64,000 nucleotides of DNA from Balanoglossus misakiensis (Eukaryota > Animalia > Hemichordata). The notes below the pieces were generated by a model that saw nothing but the letters and a program-made list of their open reading frames with translations, was not told where the DNA came from and did not search any database. A program made the translations under genes and the position numbers. The stretch is from positions 1-64,000 of the forward strand of contig CM082598.2 of NCBI GenBank assembly GCA_040954595.2, in the 5' to 3' direction. The stretch's first letter is position 1. Each line of letters begins with the position of its first letter. Of this stretch, positions 12,801 to 25,400 are shown in pieces.

Positions 12801-15715
12801 CGACTTCCGGTCGTAAAGGCGTGGTGAATCTGGGCCAAGTTGCCGGCGACTTCCTGTCGTAACGGCGCGGTGAATCTGGGCCAAGTTGCCGGCGACTTCC
12901 TGTGGTAACGGCGCGGTGAATCTGGGCCAAGTTGATGGCGACTTCCGGTCGTAACGGCGCAGTGAATCCGGGCCAAGTTGCGGCGACTTCCTGTCGTAAC
13001 GGCGTGGTGAATCCAGGCCAAGTTGCCGGCGACTTCCGGTCGTAACGGCGCGGTGAATCTGGGCCAAGTTGCCGGAGACTTCCTGTGAATCCGGGCCAAG
13101 TTGCCAGCGACTTCCGGTCGTAACGGCGCGGTGAATCTGGGCCTAGTTGCCGGCAACTTCCGGTCGTAACGGCGCAAGAATCTGGGCCAAGTTGCCGGAG
13201 ACTTCCTGTGAATCCAGGCCAAGTTGCCGGCGACTTCCGGTGGTAACGGCGCGGTGATTCTGGGCCAAGTTGCCGGCGACTTCCGGTCGTAACGGCGCGG
13301 TGAATCTGGGCCAAGTTGCCGGCGACTTCCGGTCGTAACGGCGCAAGAATCTGGGCCAAGTTGCCGGAGACTTCCTGTGAATCCGGGCCAAGTTGCGGCG
13401 ACTTCCGGTCGTAACGGCGCTGTGAATCTGGGCCAAGTTGCCGGCGACTTCCGGTCGTAACGGCGCAAGAATCTGGGCCAAGTTGCCGGCGACTTCCTGT
13501 GGTAACGGCGCGGTGAATCTGGGCCAAGTTGATGGCGACTTCCGGTCGTAACGGCGTGAATCTGGGCCAAGTTGCCGGCGACTTCCGGTCGTAACGGCGC
13601 GGTGAATCTGGGCCAAGTTGCCGGCGACTTCCTGTCGTAACGGCGAGGTGAATCTGGGCCAAGTTGCCGGCGACTTCCTGTCGTAACGGCGAGGTGAATC
13701 TTGGCCAAGTTGCCGGCGACTTCCGGTCGTAACGGCGTGAATCTGGGCCAAGTTGCCGGCGACTTCCGGTCGTAACGGCGCGGTGAATCTTGGCCATGTT
13801 GCCGGCGACTTCCGGTCGGAACGGCGCAGTGAATCCGGGCCAAGTTGCGGTGACTTCCGGTCGTAACGGCGTGGTGAATCCAGGCCAAGTTGCCGGCGAC
13901 TTCCGGTCGTAACGGCGCGGTGAATCTGGGCCAAGTTGCCGGAGACTTCCTGTGAATCCGGGCCAAGTTGCCGGCGACTTCCGGTCGTAACGGCGCGGTG
14001 AATCTGGGCCTAGTTGCCGGCAACTTCCGGTCGTAACGGCGCAAGAATCTGGGCCAAGTTGCCGGAGACTTCCTGTGAATCCAGGCCAAGTTGCCGGCGA
14101 CTTCCGGTCGTAACGGCACGGTGAATCTGGGCCAAGTTGCCGGCGACTTCCGGTCGTAACGGCGCGGTGAATCTGGGCCAAGTTGCCGGCGACTTCCGGT
14201 CGTAACGGCGCAAGAATCTGGGCCAAGTTGCCGGAGACTTCCTGTGAATCCGGGCCAAGTTGCGGCGACTTCCGGTCGTAACGGTGCGGTAAATCAGGGC
14301 AAAGTTGCCGGCGACTTCCGGTGGTAACGGCGCGGTGATTCTGGGCCAAGTTGCCGGCGACTTCCGGTCGTAACGGCGCAAGAATCTGGGCCAAGTTGCC
14401 GGAGACTTCCTGTGAATCCGGGCCAAGTTGCGGCGACTTCCGGTCGTAACGGCGCTGTGAATCTGGGCCAAGTTGCCGGCGACTTCCGGTCGTAACGGCG
14501 CAAGAATCTGGGCCAAGTTGCCGGCGACTTCCTGTGGTAACGGCGCGGTGAATCTGGGCCAAGTTGATGGCGACTTCCGGTCGTAACGGCGTGAATCTGG
14601 GCCAAGTTGCCGGCGACTTCCGGTCGTAACGGCGCGGTGAATCTGGGCCAAGTTGCCGGCGACTTCCTGTCGTAACGGCGAGGTGAATCTTGGCCAAGTT
14701 GCCGGCGACTTCCGGTCGTAACGGCGTGAATCTGGGCCAAGTTGCCGGCGACTTCCGGTCGTAACGGCGCGGTGAATCTGGGCCAAGTTGCCGGCGACTT
14801 CCGGTCGTAACGGCGAGGTGAATCTTGGCCATGTTGCCGGCGACTTCCGGTCGGAACGGCGCAGTGAATCCGGGCCAAGTTGCGGTGACTTCCGGTCGTA
14901 ACGGCGTGGTGAATCCAGGCCAAGTTGCCGGCGACTTCCGGTCGTAACGGCGCGGTGAATCTGGGCCAAGTTGCCGGAGACTTCCTGTGAATCCGGGCCA
15001 AGTTGCCGGCGACTTCCGGTCGTAACGGCGCGGTGAATCTGGGCCTAGTTGCCGGCAACTTCCGGTCGTAACGGCGCAAGAATCTGGGCCAAGTTGCCGG
15101 AGACTTCCTGTGAATCCAGGCCAAGTTGCCGGCGACTTCCGGTCGTAACGGCACGGTGAATCTGGGCCAAGTTGCCGGCGACTTCCGGTCGTAACGGCGC
15201 GGTGAATCTGGGCCAAGTTGCCGGCGACTTCCGGTCGTAACGGCGCAAGAATCTGGGCCAAGTTGCCGGAGACTTCCTGTGAATCCGGGCCAAGTTGCGG
15301 CGACTTCCGGTCGTAACGGTGCGGTAAATCAGGGCAAAGTTGCCGGCGACTTCCGGTGGTAACGGCGCGGTGATTCTGGGCCAAGTTGCCGGCGACTTCC
15401 GGTGGTAACGGCGCGGTGAATCTGGGCCAAGTTGCCGGCGACTTCCGGTCGTAACGGCGCAAGAATCTGGGCCAAGTTGCCGGAGACTTCCTGTGAATCC
15501 GGGCCAAGTTGCGGCGACTTGCGGTCGTAACGGCGCTGTGAATCTGGGCCAAGTTGCCGGCGACTTCCGGTCGTAACGGCGCAAGAATCTGGGCCAAGTT
15601 GCCGGCGACTTCCGGTGGTAACGGCGCGGTGAATCTGGGCCAAGTTGCCGGCGATTTCCTGTGGTAACGGCGCGGTGAATCTGGGCCAAGTTGATGGCGA
15701 CTTCCTGTGAATCCG
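9857..15715. repeat. About 46-bp GC-rich satellite with 45-, 43- and about 32-bp variants and higher-order blocks
   Basis: Consensus GTGAATCTGGGCCAAGTTGCCGGCGACTTCCGGTCGTAACGGCGCG. Rare markers recur 1035 bp apart (CCATGTT at about 13794/14829, CCTAGTT at about 14009/15044). Confidence 0.98.
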
Positions 15716-18700
15716 AGCAGACTGGAGGGGGACTGGAGCAGGCTGGAGGGGGGACTGGAGCAGACTGGAGGGGCACTGGAGCAGACTGGAGGGGGACTTG
15801 AGCAGACTGGAGGGGCCCTGGATCAGACTGGAGGGGGACTGGAGCAGACTGGAGGGGGACTGGAGGGGTACTGGAGCAGACTGGAGGTGCACTGGAGCAG
15901 ACTGGAGGGGGACTGGAGCAGACTGGAGGGGCACTGGAGCAGACTGGAGGGGGAGTGGAGCATGCTGGAGGGGGAGTGGAGCAGACTGAAGGGGGAGTGG
16001 AGCAGACTTGAGGGGGACTGGAGCATGCTGGAGGGGGAGTGGAGCAGACTTGAGGGGGACTGGAGCATGCTGGAGGGGGAGTGGAGCAGACTTGAGGGGG
16101 ACTGGAGCATGCTGGAGGGGGAGTGGAGCAGACTGGAGGGGGACTGGAGCATGCTGGAGGGGGAGTGGAGCAGACTGGAGGGGGACTGGAGCATGCTGGA
16201 GGGGGAGTGGAGCAGACTGGAGGGGGACTGGAGCATGCTGGAGGGGGAGTGGAGCAGACTGGAGGGGGACTGGAGCATGCTGGAGGGGGAGTGGAGCAGA
16301 CTGGAGGGGGACTGGAGCATGCTGGAGGGGGAGTGGAGCAGACTGGAGGGGGACTGGAGCAGACTGGAGGGGGACTGGAGCAGGCTGGAGGGGGACTGGA
16401 GCAGACTGGAGGGGGACTGGAGCAGACTGGAGGGGTGTGGAGCAGACTGGAGGGGGACTGGAGCATGCTGGAGGGGGAGTGGAGCAGACTGGAGGGGGAC
16501 TGGAGCATGCTGGAGGGGGAGTGGAGCAGACTGGAGGGGGACTGGAGCATGCTGGAGGGGGAGTGGAGCAGACTGGAGGGGGACTGGAGCAGACTGGAGG
16601 GGGAGTGGAGCAGACTGGAGGGGGACTGGAGCAGACTGGAGGGGGAGTGGAGCAGAGTGGAGGGGGACTGGAGCAGACTGGAGGGGGACTGGAGCAGACT
16701 GGAGGGGGACTGGAGCATGCTGGAGGGGACTGGAGCTTGCTGGAGGGGGACTGGAGCATGCTGGAGGGGGACTGGAGCATGCTGGAGGGGGACTGGAGCA
16801 TGCTGGAGGGGGACTGGAGCAGACTGGAGGGGGACTGGAGCAGACTGGAGGGGGAGTGGAGCATGCTGGAAGGGGATTGGAGCAGACTGGAGGGGGAGTG
16901 GAGCATGCTGGAAGGGGACTGGAGCAGACTGGAGGGGGAGTGGAGCATGCTGGAGGGGGACTGGAGCAGACTGGAGGGTGAGTGGAGCAGACTGGAGGGG
17001 GACTGGAGCATGCTGGAGGGTGAGTGGAGCAGACTGGAGGGGGACTGGAGCATGCTGGAGGGGGAGTGGAGCAGAGTGGAGGGGGACTGGAGCAGACTGG
17101 AGGGGGACTGGAGCAGACTGGAGGGGGACTGGAGCATGCTGGAGGGGACTGGAGCTTGCTGGAGGGGGACTGGAGCATGCTGGAGGGGGACTGGAGCAGA
17201 CTGGAGGGGGACTGGAGCATGCTGGAGGGGGACTGGAGCAGACTGGAGGGGGACTGGAGCAGACTGGAGGGGGAGTGGAGCATGCTGGAAGGGGATTGGA
17301 GCAGACTGGAGGGGGAGTGGAGCATGCTGGAAGGGGACTGGAGCAGACTGGAGGGGGAGTGGAGCATGCTGGAGGGGGACTGGAGCAGACTGGAGGGTGA
17401 GTGGAGCAGACTGGAGGGGGACTGGAGCATGCTGGAGGGTGAGTGGAGCAGACTGGAGGGGGACTGGAGCATGCTGGAGGGGGAGTGGAGCAGACTGGAG
17501 GGGGACTGGAGCATGCTGGAGGGGGGCTGGAGCAGACTGGAGCATGCTGGATGGGGACTGGAGCAGACTGGAGGGGGACTGGAGCAGACTGGAGGGGGAC
17601 TGGAGCAGACTGTAGGGGGACTGGAGCAGACTGGAGGGGGACTGGAGCAGACTGTAGGGGGACTGGAGCAGACAGGAGGGGAACTGGAGCAGACTGTAGG
17701 GGGACTGGAGCAGACTGGAGGGGGACTGGCGCAGACTGGAGGGGGACTGGAGCAGGCTGGAGGGTGAGTGGAGCAGACTGGAGGGGGACTGGAGCATGCT
17801 GGAGGGGGACTGGAGCAGACTGGAGGGTGAGTGGAGCATGCTGGAGGGGGACTGGAGCAGACTGGAGGGTGAGTGGAGCAGACTGGAGGGGGACTGGAGC
17901 ATGCTGGAGGGGGACTGGGGCGGACTGGAGGGGGACTGGAGCATGCTGGAGGGTGAGTGGAGCAGACTGGAGGGGGACTGGAGCAGACTGGAGGGGGACT
18001 GGAGCAGACTGGAGGGGGACTGGAGCAGACTGGAGGGTGAGTGGAGCAGACTGGAGGGGGACTGGAGCATGCTGGAGGGTGAGTGGAGCAGACTGGAGGG
18101 GGACTGGAGCAGACTGGAGGGTGAGTGGAGCAGACTGGAGGGGGACTGGAGCATGCTGGAGGGTGAGTGGAGCAGACTGGAGGGGGACTGGAGCAGACTG
18201 GAGGGTGAGTGGAGCAGACTGGAGGGGGACTGGAGCAGACTGGAGGGTGAGTGGAGCAGACTGGAGGGGGACTGGAGCAGACTGGAGGGGGACTGGAGCA
18301 GACTGGAGGGTGAGTGGAGCAGACTGGAGGGGGACTGGAGCATGCTGGAGGGTGAGTGGAGCAGACTGGAGGGTGAGTGGAGCAGACTGGAGGGGGACTG
18401 GAGCAGACTGGAGGGTGAGTGGAGCAGACTGGAGGGGGACTGGAGCATGCTGGAGGGGGACTGGAGCAGACTGGAGGGGGACTGGAGCATGCTGGAGGGG
18501 GACTGGAGCAGACTGGAGGGTGAGTGGAGCAGACTGGAGGGGGACTGGAGCATGCTGGAGGGTGAGTGGAGCAGACTGGAGGGGGACTGGAGCAGACTGG
18601 AGGGGGAGTGGAGCATGCTGGAAGGGGATTGGAGCAGACTGGAGGGGGAGTGGAGCATGCTGGAAGGGGACTGGAGCAGACTGGAGGGGGAGTGGAGCAT

Positions 18701-21547
18701 GCTGGAGGGGGACTGGAGCAGACTGGAGGGTGAGTGGAGCAGACTGGAGGGGGACTGGAGCATGCTGGAGGGTGAGTGGAGCAGACTGGAGGGGGACTGG
18801 AGCATGCTGGAGGGGGAGTGGAGCAGACTGGAGGGGGACTGGAGCATGCTGGAGGGGGGCTGGAGCAGACTGGAGCATGCTGGATGGGGACTGGAGCAGA
18901 CTGGAGGGGGACTGGAGCAGACTGGAGGGGGACTGGAGCAGACTGTAGGGGGACTGGAGCAGACTGGAGGGGGACTGGAGCAGACTGGAGGGGGACTGGA
19001 GCATGCTGGAGGGTGAGTGGAGCAGACTGGAGGGGGAGTGGAGCAGACTGGAGGGGGACTGGAGCAGACTGGAGGGGGACTGGAGCAGACTGGAGGGGGA
19101 GTGGAGCATGCTGGAGGGGGAGTGGAGCAGACTGGAGGGGGACTGGAGCATGCTGGAGGGTGAGTGGAGCAGACTGGAGGGGGACTGGAGCAGACTGTAG
19201 GGGGACTGGAGCAGACTGGAGGGGGACTGGAGCATGCTGGAGGGTGAGTGGAGCAGACTGGAGGGGGACTGGAGCAGACTGGAGGGGGACTGGAGCAGAC
19301 TGGAGGGGGACTGGAGCATGCTGGAGGGTGAGTGGAGCAGACTGGAGGGGGACTGGAGAAGACTGTAGGGGGACTGGAGCAGACTGGAGGGGGACTGGAG
19401 CAGACTGGAGGGGGACTGGAGCAGACTGGAGGGGGACTGGAGCATGCTGGAGGGGGACTGGAGCATGCTGGAGGGTGAGTGGAGCAGACTGGAGGGGGAC
19501 TGGAGCAGACTGGAGGGGGACTGGAGCAGACTGGAGGGGGACTGGAGCATGCTGGAGGGTGAGTGGAGCAGACTGGAGGGGGACTGGAGCAGACTGGAGG
19601 GGGACTGGAGCAGACTGGAGGGGGACTGGAGCATGCTGGAGGGTGAGTGGAGCAGACTGGAGGGGGACTGGAGCAGACTGTAGGGGGACTGGAGCAGACT
19701 GGAGGGGGACTGGAGCAGACTGGAGGGGGACTGGAGCATGCTGGAGGGTGAGTGGAGCAGACTGTAGGGGGACTGGAGCAGACTGGAGGGGAACTGGAGC
19801 AGACTGTAGGGGGACTGGAGCAGACTGGAGGGGGACTGGCGCAGACTGGAGGGGGACTGGAGCAGGCTGGATGGTGAGTGGAGCAGACTTGAGGGGGACT
19901 GGAGCATGCTGGAGGGGGACTGGAGCAGACTGGAGGGTGAGTGGAGCATGCTGGAGGGGGACTGGAGCAGACTGGAGGGTGAGTGGAGCAGACTGGAGGG
20001 GGACTGGAGCATGCTGGAGGGGGACTGGGGCGGACTGGAGGGGGACTGGAGCATGCTGGAGGGTGAGTGGAGCAGACTGGAGGGGGACTGGAGCAGACTG
20101 GAGGGTGAGTGGAGCAGACTGGAGGGGGACTGGAGCAGACTGGAGGGTGAGTGGAGCAGACTGGAGGGGGACTGGAGCATGCTGGAGGGTGAGTGGAGCA
20201 GACTGGAGGGGGACTGGAGCAGACTGGAGGGTGAGTGGAGCAGACTGGAGGGGGACTGGAGCATGCTGGAGGGTGAGTGGAGCAGACTGGAGGGGGACTG
20301 GAGCAGACTGGAGGGGGACTGGAGCAGACTGGAGGGTGAGTGGAGCAGACTGGAGGGGGACTGGAGCAGACTGGAGGGTGAGTGGAGCAGACTGGAGGGG
20401 GACTGGAGCAGACTGGAGGGGGACTGGAGCAGACTGGAGGGTGAGTGGAGCAGACTGGAGGGGGACTGGAGCATGCTGGAGGGTGAGTGGAGCAGACTGG
20501 AGGGTGAGTGGAGCAGACTGGAGGGGGAGTGGAGCAGACTGGAGGGTGAGTGGAGCAGACTGGAGGGGGACTGGAGCATGCTGGAGGGTGAGTGGAGCAG
20601 ACTGGAGGGGGACTGGAGCATGCTGGAGGGGGACTGGAGCAGACTGGAGGGGGACTGGAGCAAACTGGAGGGTGAGTGGAGCAGACTGGAGGGGGACTGG
20701 AGCATGCTGGAGGGTGAGTGGAGCAGACTGGAGGGGGACTGGAGCAGACTGGAGGGTGAGTGGAGCAGACTGGAGGGGGACTGGAGCATGCTGGAGGGTG
20801 AGTGGAGCAGACTGGAGGGGGACTGGAGCAGACTGGAGGGTGAGTGGAGCAGACTGGAGGGGGACTGGAGCATGCTGGAGGGGGAGTGGAGCAGACTGGA
20901 GGGGGACTGGAGCATGCTGGAGGGGGACTGGAGCAGACTGGAGGGTGAGTGGAGCAGACTGGAGGGGGACTGGAGCATGCTGGAGGGTGAGTGGAGCAGA
21001 CTGGAGGGGGACTGGAGCATGCTGGAGGGTGAGTGGAGCAGACTGGAGGGGGACTGGAGCATGCTGGAGGGGGACTGGAGCAGACTGGAGGGGGACTGGA
21101 GCAGACTGGAGCAGACTGGAGGGGGACTGGAGCAGACTGGAGGGGGACTGGAGCAGACTGGAGGGGCACTGGAGCAGACTGGAGGGGCACTGGAGCAGAC
21201 TGGAGGGGCACTGGAGCAGACTGGAGGGGCACTGGAGCAGGCTGGAGGGGCACTGGAGCAGGCTGGAGGGGCACTGGAGCAGGCTGGAGGGGCTCTGGAG
21301 CAGGCTGGAGGGGCACTGGAGCAGGCTGGAGGGGCACTGGAGCAGGCTGGAGGGGCACTGGAGCAGACTGGAGGGGGACTGGAGCAGACTGGAGGGGGAC
21401 TGGAGCAGACTGGAGGGGGACTGGAGCAGACTGGAGGGGGACTGGAGCAGACTGGAGGGGGACTGGAGCAGACTGGAGGGGGACTGGAGCAGACTGGAGG
21501 GGGACTGGCGCAGACTGGAGGGGGACTGGAGCAGGCTGGAGGGGGAC
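15716..21547. repeat. 21-bp purine-rich minisatellite/satellite
   Basis: Unit GGAGCAGACTGGAGGGGGACT, itself a 10+11 bp dimer of CTGGAG-containing subunits. Variants include GCATG, GGTGAGT, GGGAGT and GGGCACT. Confidence 0.98.
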
Positions 21548-22400
21548 ATACATTACATACATTCATAAATGCATACATAGAGAACAATTTTGTACCCATA
21601 CAATTCCATTTATTTAATTTTCCTGACCTTCACAATCAGGTTTTGGGAATGACAGCTAATTTAAATTGAATTACAATACAATACTTTAACATATTTTCAT
21701 CTGTGAACTTTTAACTGGTGAACAAATTGGAGACCATTATTAAACAAAGTTTCCCCGAGCCTGTTTACCATTCCAGCCAAAGTATTAGTTGTTAGTGTTA
21801 GTGTTAGGGTTAGGGTTAGTGTTAGGGTTAGAGTTAGGGTTAGGGGTAGGGTTAGGTTTAGTGTTGAAATTAACAAATGGCTGAAATGGCACAAACAATT
21901 TCATAAATTGAATCAAATTCCTTTGACTGCAAAATTCACTGAACAAAGTTTGCTCTGTGCAAACTTGTTATTCTAAGAAATACTGTATCTATGGACATTT
22001 AGGCTACAGTTAAATAATTAATACTGTGTCCTAATCTGAATCAATCTTTATCATAACACATAACCAGTGAGCTAAAGGGAACATGTAAGGAAAGTCAATG
22101 TCATAGTCCCCACTGGATCAATAGATTAAACAGCAACATTCTCTCTTTTTGATCTTTTAGAGATTAAATTCGTTTGATACAGAATGGTGATTTTAAAAAT
22201 CATTATTTTTTATGCAAGTATTCAATGTATACTTGACAACATTCAAAGCTCAAAAAGAGAGATTGTGTCACTTTATTAGAAAACTGGACGGAAGACAATC
22301 TATAAGTTTTCTCTTCATTCTCATTATAAACTCTTAAAATGCCGACTGAAAATCTATGTCTTCTCTTTATTTTGCATTCAGACTTCATCTGCCAAGATGC
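21548..22400 (+). mobile_element. Copy 1 of an AT-rich interspersed repeat, left end replaced by the 21-bp array
   Basis: Colinear similarity to 28140-29360, for example CATACATAGAGAACAATT.TGTACCC...TTTCCTGACCTTCAC..TCAGGTTTTGGGAA..ACAGCTAATTTAAATTGAATT, plus ATACTGTGTCCTAATCTGAA and TCATTATAAACTCTTAAAATG. Confidence 0.8.
21791..21862 (+). repeat. Degenerate interstitial telomere-like (TTAGGG)n tract
   Basis: Twelve GTTAGN-type hexamers, five of them giving perfect TTAGGG. Confidence 0.85.
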
Positions 22401-25400
22401 AAGTATTTTATTGGGTTGCTGGTAGACCAAGTCCTTGTCCATTTCTACCATCATCATCATTTGGAAAATCACCAGTCTTCACACTTCAGCTTGAGCTAAG
22501 AAAGTAACAGAAAAAAAAATAGATTCGCTTTTAATTAATGAAATGATCACACGTTTTATAGCATTGATTCATTCGGCTTAAGTTAAATTTGGAAGTCTTC
22601 CAATACTATATACACTCATAAAATGTTGACTACAAACCTTCATATTTTCTTCATTTGACAACCAGATATGTTAATCTGCCATCATGCAAATAGTTTATGG
22701 GGTGAGTGCAATACCAAGTCCTTGTCCACTTCTACCATTGGCAATATCTGGATAAAAACATCAGTCTGCACTCTTCGCCATATTCTAACAAAAAAACAGA
22801 AAAATTTTATCCATGATTAATGAACAAATTGGCGAAAGATTGTATAAATTGATTCAATGAGTTAAATTTGGATGTGTTCCAATACTATATACACTCTTAA
22901 AAGGTTGAGTACAAACCTTTATATTTTCTTCATTTGACAACCAGATATGTTCATCTGCCCTTTATTTGACATCCAAATATCTCCATCTGCCATCATGCAA
23001 GTAGTTTATTGGGTGACTGGAAGACCATGTACTTGTCCACTTCTACCTATTTCAACATTCAGATACACAACATCAGCCTCCACTCTTCACCATATTCTAA
23101 CAAAACAACAGAAAAAAAAATATTCATGATCAATGAACAAAGTGGTGACATATTTTATGAAATTGATTCAATGAGTTAAGTTTGGATTTGTTTCAACACT
23201 ATATACACTCTTAAAATGTTGACTGCAAACCTGTATGTTTTCTTTATTTGACATCCAAATATCTTCATCTGCCATCATGCAAGTAGTTTATTGGGTGACT
23301 GGGAAACCAAGTCCTTGTCCACTTCTACCAATGGCAACATTCAGATACACAACATCAGCCTGCACTCTTTGACATATTCTAACAAAACAACAGAAAAAAA
23401 TGATTCATGATCAATGAACAAAGTGGTGACATATATTATAAAATTGATTCAATGAGTTAAGTTTGAATTTGTTCCAATACTATATACACTTGTTGACTGC
23501 AAACCTGTACGTTTTCTTCATTTGACATCCATATATCTTCATCTGCCATCATCCAAGTTGTTAATTGGCTGACTGCAAGACCGAGTCCTTGTCCACTTCT
23601 ACCGTTGGCACCATTTAGAAATTAAACATCATTCTTCATGCTTGAACTTGCTTCATCTGCCATCATGCAAGTACTTTATTGGCTGACTGGAAGACCAAGT
23701 CCTTGTCCACTTCTACCATTGGCAACATTCAGATACACAACATCAGCCTGCACTCTTCGCCATATTCTAACAAAACAACAGAAAAAAAAATTATTCATGA
23801 TCAATGAACAAAGTCAAGACATAGTTTATAAAATTGATTCAATGCGTTAAGCTTGGATTTGTTCTAACACTATATACACTCTTAAAATTTTGACTGCATA
23901 CCTGTATGTTTTCTTTATTTGACATCCAAATATCTTCATCTGCCATCATGCAAGTAGTTTATTGGGTGACTGGGAAACCATGTCCTTGTCCACTTCTACC
24001 AATGGCAACATTCAGATACACAACATCAGCCTGCACTCTTCGCCATATTCTAACAAAACAACAGAAAAAAAATTATTCATGATCAATGAACAAAGTGGTG
24101 ACATATATTATTAAATTGATTCAATGAGTTAAGCTTGGATTTGTTCCAACACTATATACACTCTTAAAATATTGACTGCAAACCTTTATGTTTTCTTAAT
24201 TTGACATCCAAATATCTTCATCAACCATCATGCAAGTAGTTTATTGGGTGACTGGGAAACCAAGTCCTTGTCTACTTCTACCAATGGCAACATTCAGATA
24301 CACAACATCAGCCTGCACTCTTCGACATATTCTAACAAAACAACAGACAAAAAATGATTCATGATCAATGAACAAAGTGGTGACATATATTATAACATTG
24401 ATTCAATGAGTTAAGTTTGAATTTGTTCCAATACTATATACACTTGTTGACTGCAAACCTGTACGTTTTCTTCATTTGACATCCATATATCTTCATCTGC
24501 CATCATGCAAGTTGTTAATTGGCTGACTGCAAGACCAAGTCCTTGTCCACTTCTACCGTTGGCATCATTTAGAAATTAAACATCATTCTTCATGCTTGAA
24601 CTTGCTTCATCTGCCATCATGCAAGTACTTTATTGGCTGACTGGAAGACCAAGTCCTTGTCCACTTCTACCATTGGCAACATTCAGATACACAACATCAG
24701 CCTGCACTCTTCGCCATATTCTAACAAAACAACAGAAAAAAAAATATTCATGATCAATGAACAAAGTGGTGACATATATTATTAAATTGATTCAATGAGT
24801 TAAGCTTGGATTTGTTCCAACACTATATACACTCTTAAAATGTTGACTGCAAACCTTTATGTTTTCTTAATTTGACATCCAAATATCTTCATTAGCCATC
24901 ATGCAAGTAGTTTATTAGGGTGACTGGGAAACCAAGTCCTTGTCCACTTCTACCAATGGCAACATTCAGATACACATCATCAGCCTGCACTCTTCGACAT
25001 ATTCTAACAAAACAACAGAAAAAAAATGATTCATGATCAATGAACAAAGTGGTGACATATATTATAACATTGATTCAATGAGTTAAGTTTGAATTTGTTC
25101 CAATACAATATACACTTGTTGACTGCAAACCTGTACGTTTTCTTCATTTGACATCCATATATCTTCATCTGCCATCATGCAAGTTGTTAATTGGCTGACT
25201 GCAAGACCAAGTCCTTGTCCACTTCTACCGTTGGCATCATTTAGAAATTAAACATCATTCTTCATGCTTGAACTTGCTTCATCTGCCATCATGCAAGTAC
25301 TTTATTGGCTGACTGGAAGACGAAGTCCTTGTCCACTTCTACCATTGGCAACATTCAGATACACAACATCAGCCTGCACTCTTCGCCATATTCTAACAAA

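Noticed and set aside
1-15715. CRISPR-like regular repeats
   Set aside because: There are no unique spacers or cas genes, and the context is eukaryotic.
9691-21669. Very long ORFs (up to 2184 aa), including SPSSLLQ heptads reminiscent of the Pol II CTD
   Set aside because: They are open in all three frames because the monomers lack stop triplets on that strand. Frame-shifting monomer indels are common, and the ORFs cross unrelated arrays and start in a microsatellite.
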